Virus record (IMG/VR): IMGVR_UViG_3300042888_001055
Strand: one strand, 5' to 3'
Source: a virus
Length of the DNA stretch: 64,000 nucleotides
The notes beneath the pieces were generated by a model. That model was not told where the DNA came from, ran no database searches, and was given only the letters and a program-made list of their open reading frames with translations. The position numbers and the translations under genes are program-made. Within the stretch, counting starts at the first letter, position 1, and each line of letters opens with the position of its first letter. Below are positions 30,711-41,858 of the stretch, one piece after another.

Positions 30711-31027
30711 ATATCCGTTCCTTTTTTGTGAGTTACTATTTTCATATCAGTTCCCATACCAACTACACAAGTAAGGTCTTTCTTAGTTGCTAGAATAGTC
30801 CAATTATTATCAACAGGATTTAACCAAATACTTACTATTGAACTAGCTTCATCAGCTACTTGTCCGGTCATGAAGGGTAACTCTTTATATTTTTCTCTAA
30901 TACTCTTAAAGATTTCTTTTGTATTGTAACAGGGTAAATCTATTGTTATAGATTCTTCTATTTGTTGTGAATATGATTTAATTGGTAGTAATAACAACGT
31001 AATTATTAATAGATAAGTTAACTTCAA
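30707..31027 (-). CDS. secreted hypothetical protein
   Basis: signal peptide, TTG start with AGGAG. Confidence 0.65.
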   Translation of the reverse strand: MKLTYLLIITLLLLPIKSYSQQIEESITIDLPCYNTKEIFKSIREKYKELPFMTGQVADEASSIVSIWLNPVDNNWTILATKKDLTCVVGMGTDMKIVTHKKGTDI

Positions 31028-31096
31028 AAGATTCTCCTAGTCGTTTTATTATAACATGATAGAGGTAAATGTACTAATCACATTTACCCTTACTAT

Positions 31097-33364
31097 TTAG
31101 AAAGTTATACTTCCGGAACTGTTCCAGCGATAAATTACATACCCGCCAGTAGTTATAGGATATCCGGCTGCTATTCCTGTAGTTGTTGCTGTAGGATACG
31201 TATCAACATGACGAATAATAACAATACCGCTACCGCCTAGACCGCCAGAACGACTTGACCCGGTTCCTCCACTACCAGATGCACCGCCGCCACCATTACC
31301 AGTATTATCCGTCCCACTAACGCCGGTGAGTGCGGTAACACTATATGAGCCACCTCGGCCGCCCGTTGAATATGTTATTGCAGATCCTCCTATAGAATTT
31401 GAAACTCCAACTCCAGCTGTTGTAATACTTGGTGTACCTCCAACTCCACCTGCTCCACCACCACCGCCCCCGGAGAAATCAGGGCCAGTGAATTTGCCAT
31501 TACCGCCATTATTACCTTGTGATGGACTAGTTGATGGGGTATTTCCTGCACCACCTACAAAAATATTATTATTACCATCTGAACCACCGCATCCGCCGCC
31601 ACCAGAACCGCCTGCTGCTCCATTTGTGCCAATAAAGATACTAGATGATTTAGTACCTCCACCGCCTCCGCCGGCTGCAGATAACGAATTAAACACAGAT
31701 GCAGTTCCATTACCGCCGACTGTTGGCGAAGATCCCCTGGCGCCTCCGGATCCAACTGTTACCGATAATTGAACTCCGGTTGTTATAGATACTCCAGTAG
31801 CGGTTCTATAGCCACCGGCACCTCCCCCACCTGCACCAATACCAGTTTGGCCAACTCCACCGCCACCGCCGCCACCTCCAACTACTAGATATTCAATAAT
31901 CAATGCATCGGTTGTTATGCTATTACTTGCGCTACTCGGAGAACTTGTATAAAATCCATTATTAGCAGTTACGGTAAATGTATAGCTTGTATTTGCATTT
32001 AATCCAGATATAAAAATTGTGCCACTGCCTGCTTGGTTTAATGTACCCGTTATATTGCCTGGACTACTTGTTGCTGTATAACTTTCTATTGTTCTACCAC
32101 CGTTGCTTGCCGGCGCAGTAAATGTCACTGTTGCAGATAATGGACCGGTTGCATTAGCCGTACCAATTGTAGGTGCACCCGGTGCTAATGGTAAAATATC
32201 CAAAGTAGAATTAGAATTAGCAGAAGCCGATCCATATGAATTAGTACCGGTTACTACGCACCTAATTACATTTAACACATCAGCTTGTACTAATACATAT
32301 GTATTACTTGTAGCTAATGCTATATTAGACCCATTTCTTTGCCACTGGTATGCATATGTTATTGTAGCAGTGCCAGTCCAAGTACCAGTTGTACATGATA
32401 ATGTTGAACCAAATGTTTCTGTGCCACTAACCACCGGTGCCACAGTATTAACTGGAAGACTGTCTGTTACAATACTATTACTTGCACTACTCGGAGAGCT
32501 ATTACCCGCACTATTGGTAGCAATAACGGTAAATGTATAACTTGTACTTGCTGTTAGACCGGTTATGTTAATAGTACCACTACCAGCTTGGTTTAGTGTA
32601 CCGGTTATATTACCAGGACTACTTGTTGCTGTATAACTTGAAATTGTAGCACCACCATTGCTTGCCGGAGCTGTAAATGCTACGGTAGCAGTTATAGCAC
32701 CTGTTGTAGTGGCTGTGCCTATAGTTGGTGCTCCCGGAGCAATTGCAGATACATTAGATGTAGCATTAGAATTTGCCGAATTTGATCCAGAACCATTTGT
32801 ACCAGTAACTACACACCGAATAGCATTACCTGCATCTGCATTTACTAACGTATATGTATTATTTGTTGCCAATGAAATATTTGATCCAGCACGTTGCCAT
32901 TGATATGTTATAGACGGAGAGCCAGTCCAAGTACCATCAGTAGTAGATAATATTTGACCAACTGTAGCTGTACCACTAACTACCGGAGATACTGTATTAA
33001 CAGGAGCGCCTGACAGGGTAGTAATACTATTGCTAAAATTACTAGGTGAACTGGTTCCAATACTATTAGTTGCAGTTACTCTAAAAGTATAACTTGTACT
33101 TGATGTTAGTCCAGTAACAGTAATAGTACCAGATCCTGCTTGACTTAGTGTACCAGTTAAACCACCAGGACTACTTGTTGCTGTATAACTTAATATAGTA
33201 GAACCACCGTTATCTAAAGGAGCAGTAAATGATACTGTTGCTGTTGTAGAACCTGTTGCTGTTGCTGTGCCTATTATAGGATTATCCGGTATAGTCGTGC
33301 CGGTAGCGGGTACTACGCTAATACCACCAACTATACTGATACCGGATCCAATAGATAAAGACAT
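31097..33364 (-). CDS. virion surface protein: 3 FN3 + 2 Ig-like repeats + Gly-rich C-domain
   Basis: repeated P.APTIGTA..FTAP..NGG..YTF.V.A.N; VVGGGGGGG. Confidence 0.8.
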   Translation of the reverse strand: MSLSIGSGISIVGGISVVPATGTTIPDNPIIGTATATGSTTATVSFTAPLDNGGSTILSYTATSSPGGLTGTLSQAGSGTITVTGLTSSTSYTFRVTATNSIGTSSPSNFSNSITTLSGAPVNTVSPVVSGTATVGQILSTTDGTWTGSPSITYQWQRAGSNISLATNNTYTLVNADAGNAIRCVVTGTNGSGSNSANSNATSNVSAIAPGAPTIGTATTTGAITATVAFTAPASNGGATISSYTATSSPGNITGTLNQAGSGTINITGLTASTSYTFTVIATNSAGNSSPSSASNSIVTDSLPVNTVAPVVSGTETFGSTLSCTTGTWTGTATITYAYQWQRNGSNIALATSNTYVLVQADVLNVIRCVVTGTNSYGSASANSNSTLDILPLAPGAPTIGTANATGPLSATVTFTAPASNGGRTIESYTATSSPGNITGTLNQAGSGTIFISGLNANTSYTFTVTANNGFYTSSPSSASNSITTDALIIEYLVVGGGGGGGGVGQTGIGAGGGGAGGYRTATGVSITTGVQLSVTVGSGGARGSSPTVGGNGTASVFNSLSAAGGGGGGTKSSSIFIGTNGAAGGSGGGGCGGSDGNNNIFVGGAGNTPSTSPSQGNNGGNGKFTGPDFSGGGGGGAGGVGGTPSITTAGVGVSNSIGGSAITYSTGGRGGSYSVTALTGVSGTDNTGNGGGGASGSGGTGSSRSGGLGGSGIVIIRHVDTYPTATTTGIAAGYPITTGGYVIYRWNSSGSITF

Positions 33365-33449
33365 GTAATTACCTTTTATGTAAGTTTAGTAGTATTTATG
33401 ACAATAAAAAAGGCTCCGTAGAGCCTAATTGAGTGTGATTATATTACGT

Positions 33450-34115
33450 TCACTTTGATGACTTTTTAGTTACAGGAGGGGCATCTAATGTAGTCTGTTC
33501 ATCATTAGCAGAGGAAGACGGTTGATTAGTAAGTTCTAACATAATATCTTTTTGTTCTAATAATACAGTGCCTTGCGGAACAAGACCAATTTGCATTAAT
33601 GAATTTAATGTTTGTGGATTACTCATTGCATTTAGTAGTTTAGCTGGACTAGGTCTACCCAAAGCAATAATTTCAGATTGTATTTCTCTACCAACAGTTA
33701 CTGTAAATTCATAATTAGCATTAGCTTCAAACATTTCGTCATCGGTATAGGGAGTACCATCTTCATGTTTTAATCTAGTTGGCTCAACTTCAGCATACAG
33801 TTCAGCCATATATTTTTCTAGTATTTTAATCTCTTTACGATTAAGTTCAAACGCATGTTTTTGATCATCCAAATGTGATTCTAATTCAAGGATTTCTGCT
33901 TGTAAATTAAGCAATATGTGTGGTAATGCGGGTACTGTTTTTAAATGTTTTAGTTCTTCAAGTTTAGCCTGATATTTTAATTCGGCGCATTCTTCAAGTA
34001 CTGCGGCACGTTTTCTGCCAACATAGAAGCCTTGAAGTGTTTTGATTTTTTCCCAGGGTGTTGAACCGATCACCTGGTAACGGTAGTTGAATTCTGAATT
34101 TAGATTGGAAGCCAT
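33450..34115 (-). CDS. hypothetical coiled-coil protein
   Basis: ORF, late promoter upstream. Confidence 0.75.
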   Translation of the reverse strand: MASNLNSEFNYRYQVIGSTPWEKIKTLQGFYVGRKRAAVLEECAELKYQAKLEELKHLKTVPALPHILLNLQAEILELESHLDDQKHAFELNRKEIKILEKYMAELYAEVEPTRLKHEDGTPYTDDEMFEANANYEFTVTVGREIQSEIIALGRPSPAKLLNAMSNPQTLNSLMQIGLVPQGTVLLEQKDIMLELTNQPSSSANDEQTTLDAPPVTKKSSK

Positions 34116-34184
34116 TTTATCTCTCTATAGGTTGTGTATAGAGATATTTATAAGCTAAATGATGTGAGTAAATTTTTTTAGGGT

Positions 34185-34358
34185 TTATTTGTTATTTTTA
34201 ACAAACCAGTAGTGTTTCTGTAACTCTCTGAGTACTTCACTTTCTGGTTGCTTGAAATGTCTTGCAGCCATCTCAACAAAAGCTAACCAACGAAAATTAT
34301 AGTCATCATTTCCCTGACACCATTGTTGATACATTAACTGTAGTTCTCTACTGTTCAT
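34185..34358 (-). CDS. 57-aa hypothetical protein (not in ORF track)
   Basis: ATGA-coupled; translated by hand. Confidence 0.5.
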   Translation of the reverse strand: MNSRELQLMYQQWCQGNDDYNFRWLAFVEMAARHFKQPESEVLRELQKHYWFVKNNK

Positions 34359-34510
34359 TTTTTCTTTTTTTCTTGTTCTGCTAACTTGGCTTTTACCCCA
34401 GTTACTTCAAGTTTTATCTCTTTTAGTATCTTTTCTGCTATAGGGCTTGTATGATGTACATGTAATTTTGGGGGTGTTTTAGGTCTGGGTTTGTGCTTGA
34501 ACCAACTCAT
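34355..34510 (-). CDS. basic small protein (MSWFKHKP)
   Basis: AGGAG RBS before ATG 34510. Confidence 0.55.
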   Translation of the reverse strand: MSWFKHKPRPKTPPKLHVHHTSPIAEKILKEIKLEVTGVKAKLAEQEKKKK

Positions 34511-34596
34511 TGGCTTACTCCTTTTGATTGGGTATAAATATATATTTAATTGATTAAATTCAATCAAATAGCATAAGTCATAACAAAGGAAATAAA

Positions 34597-35133
34597 ATGG
34601 CAGAAGAAAAAACATTATCACGCAGTGAACGTGAAGCACAAATTAAAGATAGAGCAGGATGGGTCATAACCGTCATTGCATTACTATTAGCAGTTACAAC
34701 TTATATGGCTAGTGGGTTTAGTAGTAAGATATTGACCAATACTATTAAAGCAAACGATACATGGAACTTCTATCAAGCTAAGTCAATTAAGCAATCTATT
34801 GCCGAAGGGCAATTAGAGGATGCCAAAGATCCAAAACGTAGAATAGAACTACAAGCCAAGATTGATAGATATGAATCTGAGCCTGATAAGGGTGAGGGTA
34901 AGAAAGAGTTAATGGCTAAAGCATTAAAGATCGAAGCCGAGCGTGATGAAGCCAAAAAGCATACACCATGGTTAACTTTTGCCGCAATGGCATTTCAGTT
35001 AGCGATTGTATTACTTTCCGCTAGTATTTTAGCTGTAGACAAGCGTATGTTTTGGGGAAGTATTGGTGTCAGTATTTTTGGAACAATGTTATTGACCCAA
35101 GGCATTTGGCTTGTTATACCATTTGCGATATAA
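34597..35133 (+). CDS. DUF4337-like membrane protein
   Basis: NDTWNFYQAKSIK, TM helices. Confidence 0.7.
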   Translation: MAEEKTLSRSEREAQIKDRAGWVITVIALLLAVTTYMASGFSSKILTNTIKANDTWNFYQAKSIKQSIAEGQLEDAKDPKRRIELQAKIDRYESEPDKGEGKKELMAKALKIEAERDEAKKHTPWLTFAAMAFQLAIVLLSASILAVDKRMFWGSIGVSIFGTMLLTQGIWLVIPFAI

Positions 35134-35140
35134 TAACTAA

Positions 35141-35698
35141 ATGAAAATTAAGGAATTAATGGAAGATACAAACAAAAAAATGCCACATCTATATTTGGAT
35201 ATGGATGGGGTACAAGCTGATTTCTTTGGAGCTTGGGCCGCAAAACATAATGTTGGTAATTATAAAGAGATTCCTGATACTGAAACATCAATCAATGAAT
35301 TAGCCTCAAGTAGCCCCTTAGAAGTATATAAGTTTTTTAGAGAACTACAACCTCTAGAGGGTGGCGGCAGAGTTGTACAATGGTTAAATCAACACAATAT
35401 TCCATACACTGTATTGAGTGCTCCATTGCGTGGACCGTATGCTGAAGCCAGTGTAGGAGCTAAAAAAGATTGGTTAGATGAACACAATCCAAATGCTACA
35501 CAAAACGCTATCTTTACACAACATAAGCACAAATACGCATTGAGTAATGGTGAACCAAATGTATTAGTAGATGATTACGGTAAATATTTGAATCTTTGGA
35601 CTAATGCCGGTGGTATTGCGGTTAAGCATGAAGATGACAACACTCAACATACTATTGATGAATTAGAAAAGATTTATGCTCCCTATCTAACTAGATAA
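35141..35698 (+). CDS. HAD-family 5'(3')-deoxyribonucleotidase-like protein
   Basis: YLDMDGV, LSAP, K, LVDD. Confidence 0.8.
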   Translation: MKIKELMEDTNKKMPHLYLDMDGVQADFFGAWAAKHNVGNYKEIPDTETSINELASSSPLEVYKFFRELQPLEGGGRVVQWLNQHNIPYTVLSAPLRGPYAEASVGAKKDWLDEHNPNATQNAIFTQHKHKYALSNGEPNVLVDDYGKYLNLWTNAGGIAVKHEDDNTQHTIDELEKIYAPYLTR

Positions 35699-35706
35699 GT
35701 AATGAT

Positions 35707-35892
35707 ATGAAGAAACCCGGCAAAGACTTAGTTCGTTATGAAGTAATTACACATGAAGATCCTGATACAGGTGATTTAATGTTGCCTATACCACAGAAAT
35801 TATTAGATGAATTAGGCTGGCGTGAGGGTGATGAGATTGAATTTGCCATAGATTCAAAAGGTAAGTACATCTTAAAACGAGCTAACAAATGA
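35707..35892 (+). CDS. AbrB/MazE-like DNA-binding protein
   Basis: LPIP..LLDELGWREGD.IEF. Confidence 0.7.
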   Translation: MKKPGKDLVRYEVITHEDPDTGDLMLPIPQKLLDELGWREGDEIEFAIDSKGKYILKRANK

Positions 35893-36281
35893 GTTACTCA
35901 AATTATAATAACACTATGATAGGGGATTCATTCAGTACTGTAGGTACAGTTACTACAGGCACAGTTACTGTACCCAATAATACTTCAAACGGGTTGTATT
36001 GGGGTTTAAATGGTACATCAACTATTACTTCAATCGAACCTAATATAAAAGGGGCTACACTTAAGGTTAACGGTGATGCTGACTTTGAAGGTGAAGTAAC
36101 TATCAAGGGCAAAAATCTATCAGAGATGCTTGAAAAGATTGACGAACGATTGGCTATTCTTCACCCACATCCTGAACTAGAAGATAGATGGGATGAGTTA
36201 AAAGAATTGGGTAAACGCTATAAAGAACTAGAGCAAGAACTACTAGAAAAAGAGAAGGTTTGGTCAATCTTAAAGAAGTAA
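35889..36281 (+). CDS. hypothetical protein
   Basis: ORF. Confidence 0.7.
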   Translation: MSYSNYNNTMIGDSFSTVGTVTTGTVTVPNNTSNGLYWGLNGTSTITSIEPNIKGATLKVNGDADFEGEVTIKGKNLSEMLEKIDERLAILHPHPELEDRWDELKELGKRYKELEQELLEKEKVWSILKK

Positions 36282-36284
36282 GAT

Positions 36285-36313
36285 TTGACAAATAATCCAT
36301 ATTACGCTATAAT
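36285..36313 (+). promoter_or_regulatory. sigma70-type promoter
   Basis: TTGACA-17-TATAAT. Confidence 0.75.
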
Positions 36314-36345
36314 AGAAACTGTTTAATAACTATGACATACACATC

Positions 36346-36741
36346 ATGACCATGCATTTAGAAGGACCCTGGCTTAGTACCGGTGGTAAACGTAAGGGCA
36401 AGATTAAGTTTCGCAATAGCGCAGAGGCACAGAAAGCCCGTCAACTTGATGCCGATTGGAAAGAACTACAGAAAAAATGGGAAGTTGACGCTGATGACAA
36501 AAAGCGCAAACGAGCATTAGCGGCTGAGCCATTACAATACACACTATCTGCACCTGCAGGTCGTGAGACTGTACGTATTAACAGTTTAGATACCGGTCAC
36601 AAGGGTGCTGTTCGTACAAAAGATATTCCACAATATACGGGTAATAAAATTATTGGGATTGGCACTATGCATAAAAGTAATGCAGTGCCGGTCTTTAGTG
36701 ATGAAGAGGCTAAGGCAATTAGCACAATGCGTAGGAATTAA
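36346..36741 (+). CDS. hypothetical phage protein ([10 protein letters not shown])
   Basis: ORF after promoter. Confidence 0.75.
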   Translation: MTMHLEGPWLSTGGKRKGKIKFRNSAEAQKARQLDADWKELQKKWEVDADDKKRKRALAAEPLQYTLSAPAGRETVRINSLDTGHKGAVRTKDIPQYTGNKIIGIGTMHKSNAVPVFSDEEAKAISTMRRN

Positions 36742-36763
36742 AAAGGAGCGTAAAGCAAAACAC

Positions 36764-36976
36764 ATGGCAAAAGAAGAAGGTTTACGAATGGATGGTACGG
36801 TAACAGACGTGTTACCTAATGCCATGTTTCGTGTTAAAGTAAATAACACAAATGTAATAGGTTATATCTCTGGTAAAATGCGCCAGCATGATATTAAAGT
36901 TCTACTTGGAGATACAGTAGAATTAGAATTTAGTCCATACGACTTATCAAAAGGCCGAATCGTGCGCCGACGATAA
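36764..36976 (+). CDS. infA: translation initiation factor IF-1
   Basis: [36 protein letters not shown]. Confidence 0.95.
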   Translation: MAKEEGLRMDGTVTDVLPNAMFRVKVNNTNVIGYISGKMRQHDIKVLLGDTVELEFSPYDLSKGRIVRRR

Positions 36977-37009
36977 TCCCCAATAGTCTTTCATACGATA
37001 AATACATGT

Positions 37010-37564
37010 ATGAGAGATATAATTCAATTACTTGAGGACAAGGCTAAACCTCAAGATATAGAAATCATACCACTAAACTTCACTGCGAGTGAGGTTAAAC
37101 CTGTATTAAGTCAGGACACACTAGACCTACATTATGATAAACTAGCTAAAGGCTATGCTGAACGCTATAACAAGGGTGAGGGTGACAAAGACTTTAACTA
37201 TGCGGGTGCCTTCTTACATAACACATTATTCCCCCAATTCCGTGAAGTAAGAAACAAAAACAATCCAAATGGTCCTATGATGGGCTTTATCAACAAACAT
37301 TACGGTAACTATGATAACATGAAGTCACAGTTTGAAACTGAATTCATGAAGTTAGAGGGATCAGGTTGGGTATATTTAGCATATGATGGTAAGATTAAAA
37401 CAATCAAGAACCATGAAGTACGTAATGATATATTGCTATTAGTTGATAGATGGGAACACGCTTGGATATTAGACTATGGCAGTGATAAGCAAAAGTATCT
37501 AAAAGAGCAGTGGAAAATCATCAATTGGAATGTAATTAACACAAGGTGGGGTAAGAGTTTATGA
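37010..37564 (+). CDS. sod: Fe/Mn superoxide dismutase
   Basis: LHY, LHN, GSGW, DRWEHAW ligands. Confidence 0.88.
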   Translation: MRDIIQLLEDKAKPQDIEIIPLNFTASEVKPVLSQDTLDLHYDKLAKGYAERYNKGEGDKDFNYAGAFLHNTLFPQFREVRNKNNPNGPMMGFINKHYGNYDNMKSQFETEFMKLEGSGWVYLAYDGKIKTIKNHEVRNDILLLVDRWEHAWILDYGSDKQKYLKEQWKIINWNVINTRWGKSL

Positions 37565-37887
37565 TAGAAATAACAGAAAATGCTACTATAAAGATAGCTG
37601 ATATTTTAGCTGAAGAAAACAATCCAAAAGCTAGGATTCGTGTATTTGTTCAAGGTGGTGGATGTAGTGGAATGCAGTATGGTTTTACCATAGATGAAGA
37701 ACAAAATGAAGATGATTTTGAGATACCTGCAGGATCATTAAGTATGTTAGTAGATAGTATTTCAGCACAATATTTACAGAATGCCAGCATAGATTATGTT
37801 GAAGATTTGAGTGGATCTCAGTTCAAAATTAGTAATCCTAATGCGGCAACAACATGCGGATGCGGGTCAAGTTTTAGTCCAACCTGA
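37561..37887 (+). CDS. erpA: A-type Fe-S carrier ErpA/IscA
   Basis: [22 protein letters not shown]. Confidence 0.9.
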   Translation: MIEITENATIKIADILAEENNPKARIRVFVQGGGCSGMQYGFTIDEEQNEDDFEIPAGSLSMLVDSISAQYLQNASIDYVEDLSGSQFKISNPNAATTCGCGSSFSPT

Positions 37888-37936
37888 TGATATTACATTT
37901 AGTCCTTATTGATAAATACATAATAAGGATTAAATT

Positions 37937-38557
37937 ATGGCAATTTCAGGACTACAAGTAATTAATATTGGATTACAAAACGAATCTACCGGTAGCGACA
38001 GCCTATACACAGCATTTAATAAGACAAAAGATAACTTTGCAACGTTATTTACGTCTGCTAGCCCATACAATACATTTACCGGAAATGGCGTAACTATTAC
38101 AGCCAACGCTACGACAGGTACGGTAAATATAAATAATACAGGCGTGACCAATGTAGCTTTAACTAGTAATAATTTAACTATTACTGGGAGCCCATTAACT
38201 ACTACAGGAACATTGACTGTAGATTTACCTGCAAATGTATCGGTAACTGGTCAATTATTATTGAGTGGTAGTGAGAATTTAACAACAGGGTCATCTGTAA
38301 ACTTAGCAGTTACTGCTAGTTACTTTAGCACATCTGTAGCTAGTACAGCTACTTTAGGAGCCGGTACTACAGGACAAATAAAAACTTTTATGATGGTGGC
38401 TGACGGTGGTGATATGGTTATCACCGTAACCAATGCAGGATGGCAAAGTTCAGGTACAGGTACCATAACATTTGATAATATCGGTGATGGATGCACCTTA
38501 CAATATATAACAAATAAGTGGTTTTGTATAGGTAATAACGGTACAATATTTGCTTAA
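37937..38557 (+). CDS. virion structural protein (tail/baseplate associated)
   Basis: late promoter, G.DSLYTAF.K...NF N-terminal motif, Thr/Gly-rich. Confidence 0.65.
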   Translation: MAISGLQVINIGLQNESTGSDSLYTAFNKTKDNFATLFTSASPYNTFTGNGVTITANATTGTVNINNTGVTNVALTSNNLTITGSPLTTTGTLTVDLPANVSVTGQLLLSGSENLTTGSSVNLAVTASYFSTSVASTATLGAGTTGQIKTFMMVADGGDMVITVTNAGWQSSGTGTITFDNIGDGCTLQYITNKWFCIGNNGTIFA

Positions 38558-38575
38558 AGATATTAGGAAATAAAA

Positions 38576-40945
38576 ATGACAACGACAATTAAAATTACAG
38601 AACTAACAAATATTGGTGCAAACTTAGCTAGCTCTACAGTTATACCAGTAGTTAATATGGCAGGTACTCCTACTACAGAAAAAACAGTATTAGGTAATAT
38701 TGCTAATGTTGTATTAGCAGGTGCCGGAGGTAACTATGTTTCTGCCGCTAAAGCTACTACTGCAACAACAGCAAATACTGTATTAACTAATGCTCAACCA
38801 AATATAACAAGCATGGGTAATTTAACTGGATTAACCGTAAGCAATGTAACGGGTATAGTTAATTTTACAACTACTGCAAATGTTACATTAGGTAATGTTT
38901 CTAACTTACATATTGCAGGTGGTACAGCCGGACAATTGTTATCTACTAACGGTAACGGTACTTTAAGTTGGGCAAGTGATACTACTACATATGGTAATAG
39001 TAATGTTGTAACACTATTATCTGCGTTTGGTTCTAATACAATAACAACTACAGGTAATGTATCTGTTGGAAATATTATTGGTAATGGACAAGCATTGACT
39101 AATATTGCAGGTGCCAATGTCTCTGGATTTGTAGCTAATGCTAATGTTTCTAATACAGCATTTGCGGTTGCAGGTGCCAATGTCTCTGGATTCGTAGCTA
39201 ATGCTAATATTGCTAATACGGCATTTAGTGTGGCTGGTGCTAATGTCTCTGGATTTGTAGCTAATGCTAATGTTTCTAATACAGCATATGCGGTTGCAGC
39301 CGCAAATGTGTCAGGTTTAGGTAATATTGCTACTATCAATTTAACTGGTAATAGTAGTAATGTGTTATACGGCAACGGAGTATTTGCGGCGGTAGCAGGT
39401 GGTGCTAATACAGGTAATGTTACATTCAATGACGTTAATATCATTGGCACAGGTAACTTGAATCTGCAACCAAACTCTGCTGATGCTGCCGCATATGTAA
39501 ATATTTACTTGACCGGGGCCGCGGATATACATATGGCAGCCGGTGCTGCTGGTGCCAATTTGATTTTAGGTACAGATGAAGAAGCCAATGTCGCTGTTTT
39601 ACAGGGCGGCAACGTGGCTATACAGGCCGGTAATGTCAGTGGCACAAAGACTTGGAACTTTGACACAACTGGTAACTTAACACTACCATTGAATAGTGTT
39701 GTTTATGAAACCAACATTCCAGACCAATCACTTAGTGGTAGTGCTATTGCCTTGAAACCAACAGGTGGAACTACTGCCAATCAACAGTTATTGATTTATC
39801 CAACAGCGAATGACGGTGACCATATACACATGACAAGTGGAAACTTGTATACAACCGAGTTGTTCTTGGGCAGTGATAACTTGTATGTCAAACTGGCCAA
39901 CACCGGCAATGTTGTGATCAACAGCAATGATGGTAATAGTAGTAATGCTATGTGGACATTTGGCACAGATGGCAGTTTAACACTACCTATTGGTGTATCA
40001 ATTGATTATAACGGGAACATTCAGTATCCTAGAATCATTGCTGACTCTGGAAAGCTATTCAGCGTTCAAGGACAAGGTAATAGTGGTTCTGCGGCACTGG
40101 CATGGACTGTAGATCCTGATGCGGCATCTCAGTATGCGGCTGTTGCTGTTAGCAGAGCCGGCGACAATCTTGCCAAGGTAGTACTACAAGCACAATCTGA
40201 TTCAGGTAATGTTGGGACGGTGAAGCTTTGGAATTTTGATGAAACCGGTAATTTAACACTACCAGGCAATACAGTAGCAATCAACTTTGCTAATGGTTCA
40301 AGTGCATTTGGTAATATCGTAGCAACAAACTTAGATGGCAGTTCAAGCAATGTATTGTATGGTAACGGTATATTTTCAGCCGTACCGGCCCCAACAGTAG
40401 CACAAGATATCACCTCTACCGGTGCAATGAGTATAATGACATATGATGGTAATCTAAAATATGTAAACTATGCTACAGTTGAACCAAGTACTGGCAACAT
40501 CGCCGGTGGCAATATTAGTGCGTCTGGTAATATTTCAGCCAACAACTTTACCGGTAACGGTGGCGGTTTATCTAATGTTGCAACAAAAATAACAAGTAGT
40601 TGGACTCTTGAACCCGGCGTCAATACAGTAAACATTAGTGTTCCATTGAATGGAACTTATGCACTCTGGGTTAACGGTAATATTCCAAACGGTATCGTGA
40701 CATATACTGCGACTGCTGTTGTTACAAATACAAATGTACCGGTACTAGGTGAACAATATGGTTGGTACTACGCAGTTGGGAATGCGTTGGTGCTTACATC
40801 AATACCTAATCAGTTTACTGGCACAGTAGGTTCAATCAGCAATGTTAATACTTATTTAGGTAACACGGCTAATGTGTTTACATTTGGTATCACTAACAAT
40901 AGTGGTAACACAGCAGTAGTTAATTATGGCTACACTAAACTGTAA
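38576..40945 (+). CDS. tail-fibre-like Asn/Gly/Ala-rich protein
   Basis: IKITEL start, ANVSGFVANAN repeats, W.F...G.LTLP repeats. Confidence 0.75.
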   Translation: MTTTIKITELTNIGANLASSTVIPVVNMAGTPTTEKTVLGNIANVVLAGAGGNYVSAAKATTATTANTVLTNAQPNITSMGNLTGLTVSNVTGIVNFTTTANVTLGNVSNLHIAGGTAGQLLSTNGNGTLSWASDTTTYGNSNVVTLLSAFGSNTITTTGNVSVGNIIGNGQALTNIAGANVSGFVANANVSNTAFAVAGANVSGFVANANIANTAFSVAGANVSGFVANANVSNTAYAVAAANVSGLGNIATINLTGNSSNVLYGNGVFAAVAGGANTGNVTFNDVNIIGTGNLNLQPNSADAAAYVNIYLTGAADIHMAAGAAGANLILGTDEEANVAVLQGGNVAIQAGNVSGTKTWNFDTTGNLTLPLNSVVYETNIPDQSLSGSAIALKPTGGTTANQQLLIYPTANDGDHIHMTSGNLYTTELFLGSDNLYVKLANTGNVVINSNDGNSSNAMWTFGTDGSLTLPIGVSIDYNGNIQYPRIIADSGKLFSVQGQGNSGSAALAWTVDPDAASQYAAVAVSRAGDNLAKVVLQAQSDSGNVGTVKLWNFDETGNLTLPGNTVAINFANGSSAFGNIVATNLDGSSSNVLYGNGIFSAVPAPTVAQDITSTGAMSIMTYDGNLKYVNYATVEPSTGNIAGGNISASGNISANNFTGNGGGLSNVATKITSSWTLEPGVNTVNISVPLNGTYALWVNGNIPNGIVTYTATAVVTNTNVPVLGEQYGWYYAVGNALVLTSIPNQFTGTVGSISNVNTYLGNTANVFTFGITNNSGNTAVVNYGYTKL

Positions 40946-40978
40946 AACTAACTGTTCACATTAATTTAAGGAATTATT

Positions 40979-41812
40979 ATGAAACAAGATCCTCGCTCAA
41001 TAATAAACACAACTGAGGATCATACCTTTAATAAGCCTGCTGACAAAAAAGTCATACCTAGGACACTTGACAAATATAACCTAATATGGAAAACAGATAG
41101 ACCAGATACAAGAGATTACAAATATCAAGTAACAGCAAATACAAATCCTAACTTTGTTGATTTAAGAAGTCATTGTAGTCCAATTGAAAATCAAGGTAAT
41201 CTGGGAAGTTGTACTGGACAAGCTATTGCGGGTGCTATTGAATTACTAAACAAACGTAATGGTAAACCAACAGATGTTAGTAGATTGTTTATCTATTACT
41301 ATGAACGACTATTATTGGGTACTGTTAACTATGATAGTGGTGCTTATATACGTGATGGTATAAAAGCAACAAATCACTATGGTGCTAGTTTAGAAACTTA
41401 TTGGCCGTACAACATTAGAAAATTTAGACTAGAACCAATCAATGAAGCAAAGATTGACGCATTGAATCGTAAAGTAACACGATACGAAAGAGTAAATGAT
41501 TTTAATGGATGTATTGACGCATTAACAAATGGTTATCCAGTTATAATAGGCTTTCATGTTTATCAAAGTTTTATGTCATCTACTGTTGCTAGAACAGGTA
41601 GAATGCCCTATCCAAATACAAAACGTGAAAAGCTATTAGGTGGTCATGCTGTGTTGCTTGTTGGATATGATAAGCGTAAGAAAGTCTTTATTGTCAGAAA
41701 CAGTTGGGGACCTTATTGGGGAGATAAGGGTTACTTCTACATGCCATTTGATGTTATCAAACCTAATATGAGCAGTGATTATTGGATCATTAAGTCGGTT
41801 AACAATCCATAA
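40979..41812 (+). CDS. papain-family (C1A) cysteine peptidase
   Basis: QGNLGSC, GGHAV, RNSWG..WGDKGY. Confidence 0.92.
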   Translation: MKQDPRSIINTTEDHTFNKPADKKVIPRTLDKYNLIWKTDRPDTRDYKYQVTANTNPNFVDLRSHCSPIENQGNLGSCTGQAIAGAIELLNKRNGKPTDVSRLFIYYYERLLLGTVNYDSGAYIRDGIKATNHYGASLETYWPYNIRKFRLEPINEAKIDALNRKVTRYERVNDFNGCIDALTNGYPVIIGFHVYQSFMSSTVARTGRMPYPNTKREKLLGGHAVLLVGYDKRKKVFIVRNSWGPYWGDKGYFYMPFDVIKPNMSSDYWIIKSVNNP

Positions 41813-41858
41813 CTTCTAAATTATAATAAATAGTAGTATAACAATTAAAGGACCATTA

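Noticed and set aside
35707-36281. AbrB/MazE-like gene plus neighbour as a toxin-antitoxin pair
   Set aside because: Downstream ORF shows no recognisable toxin motif.
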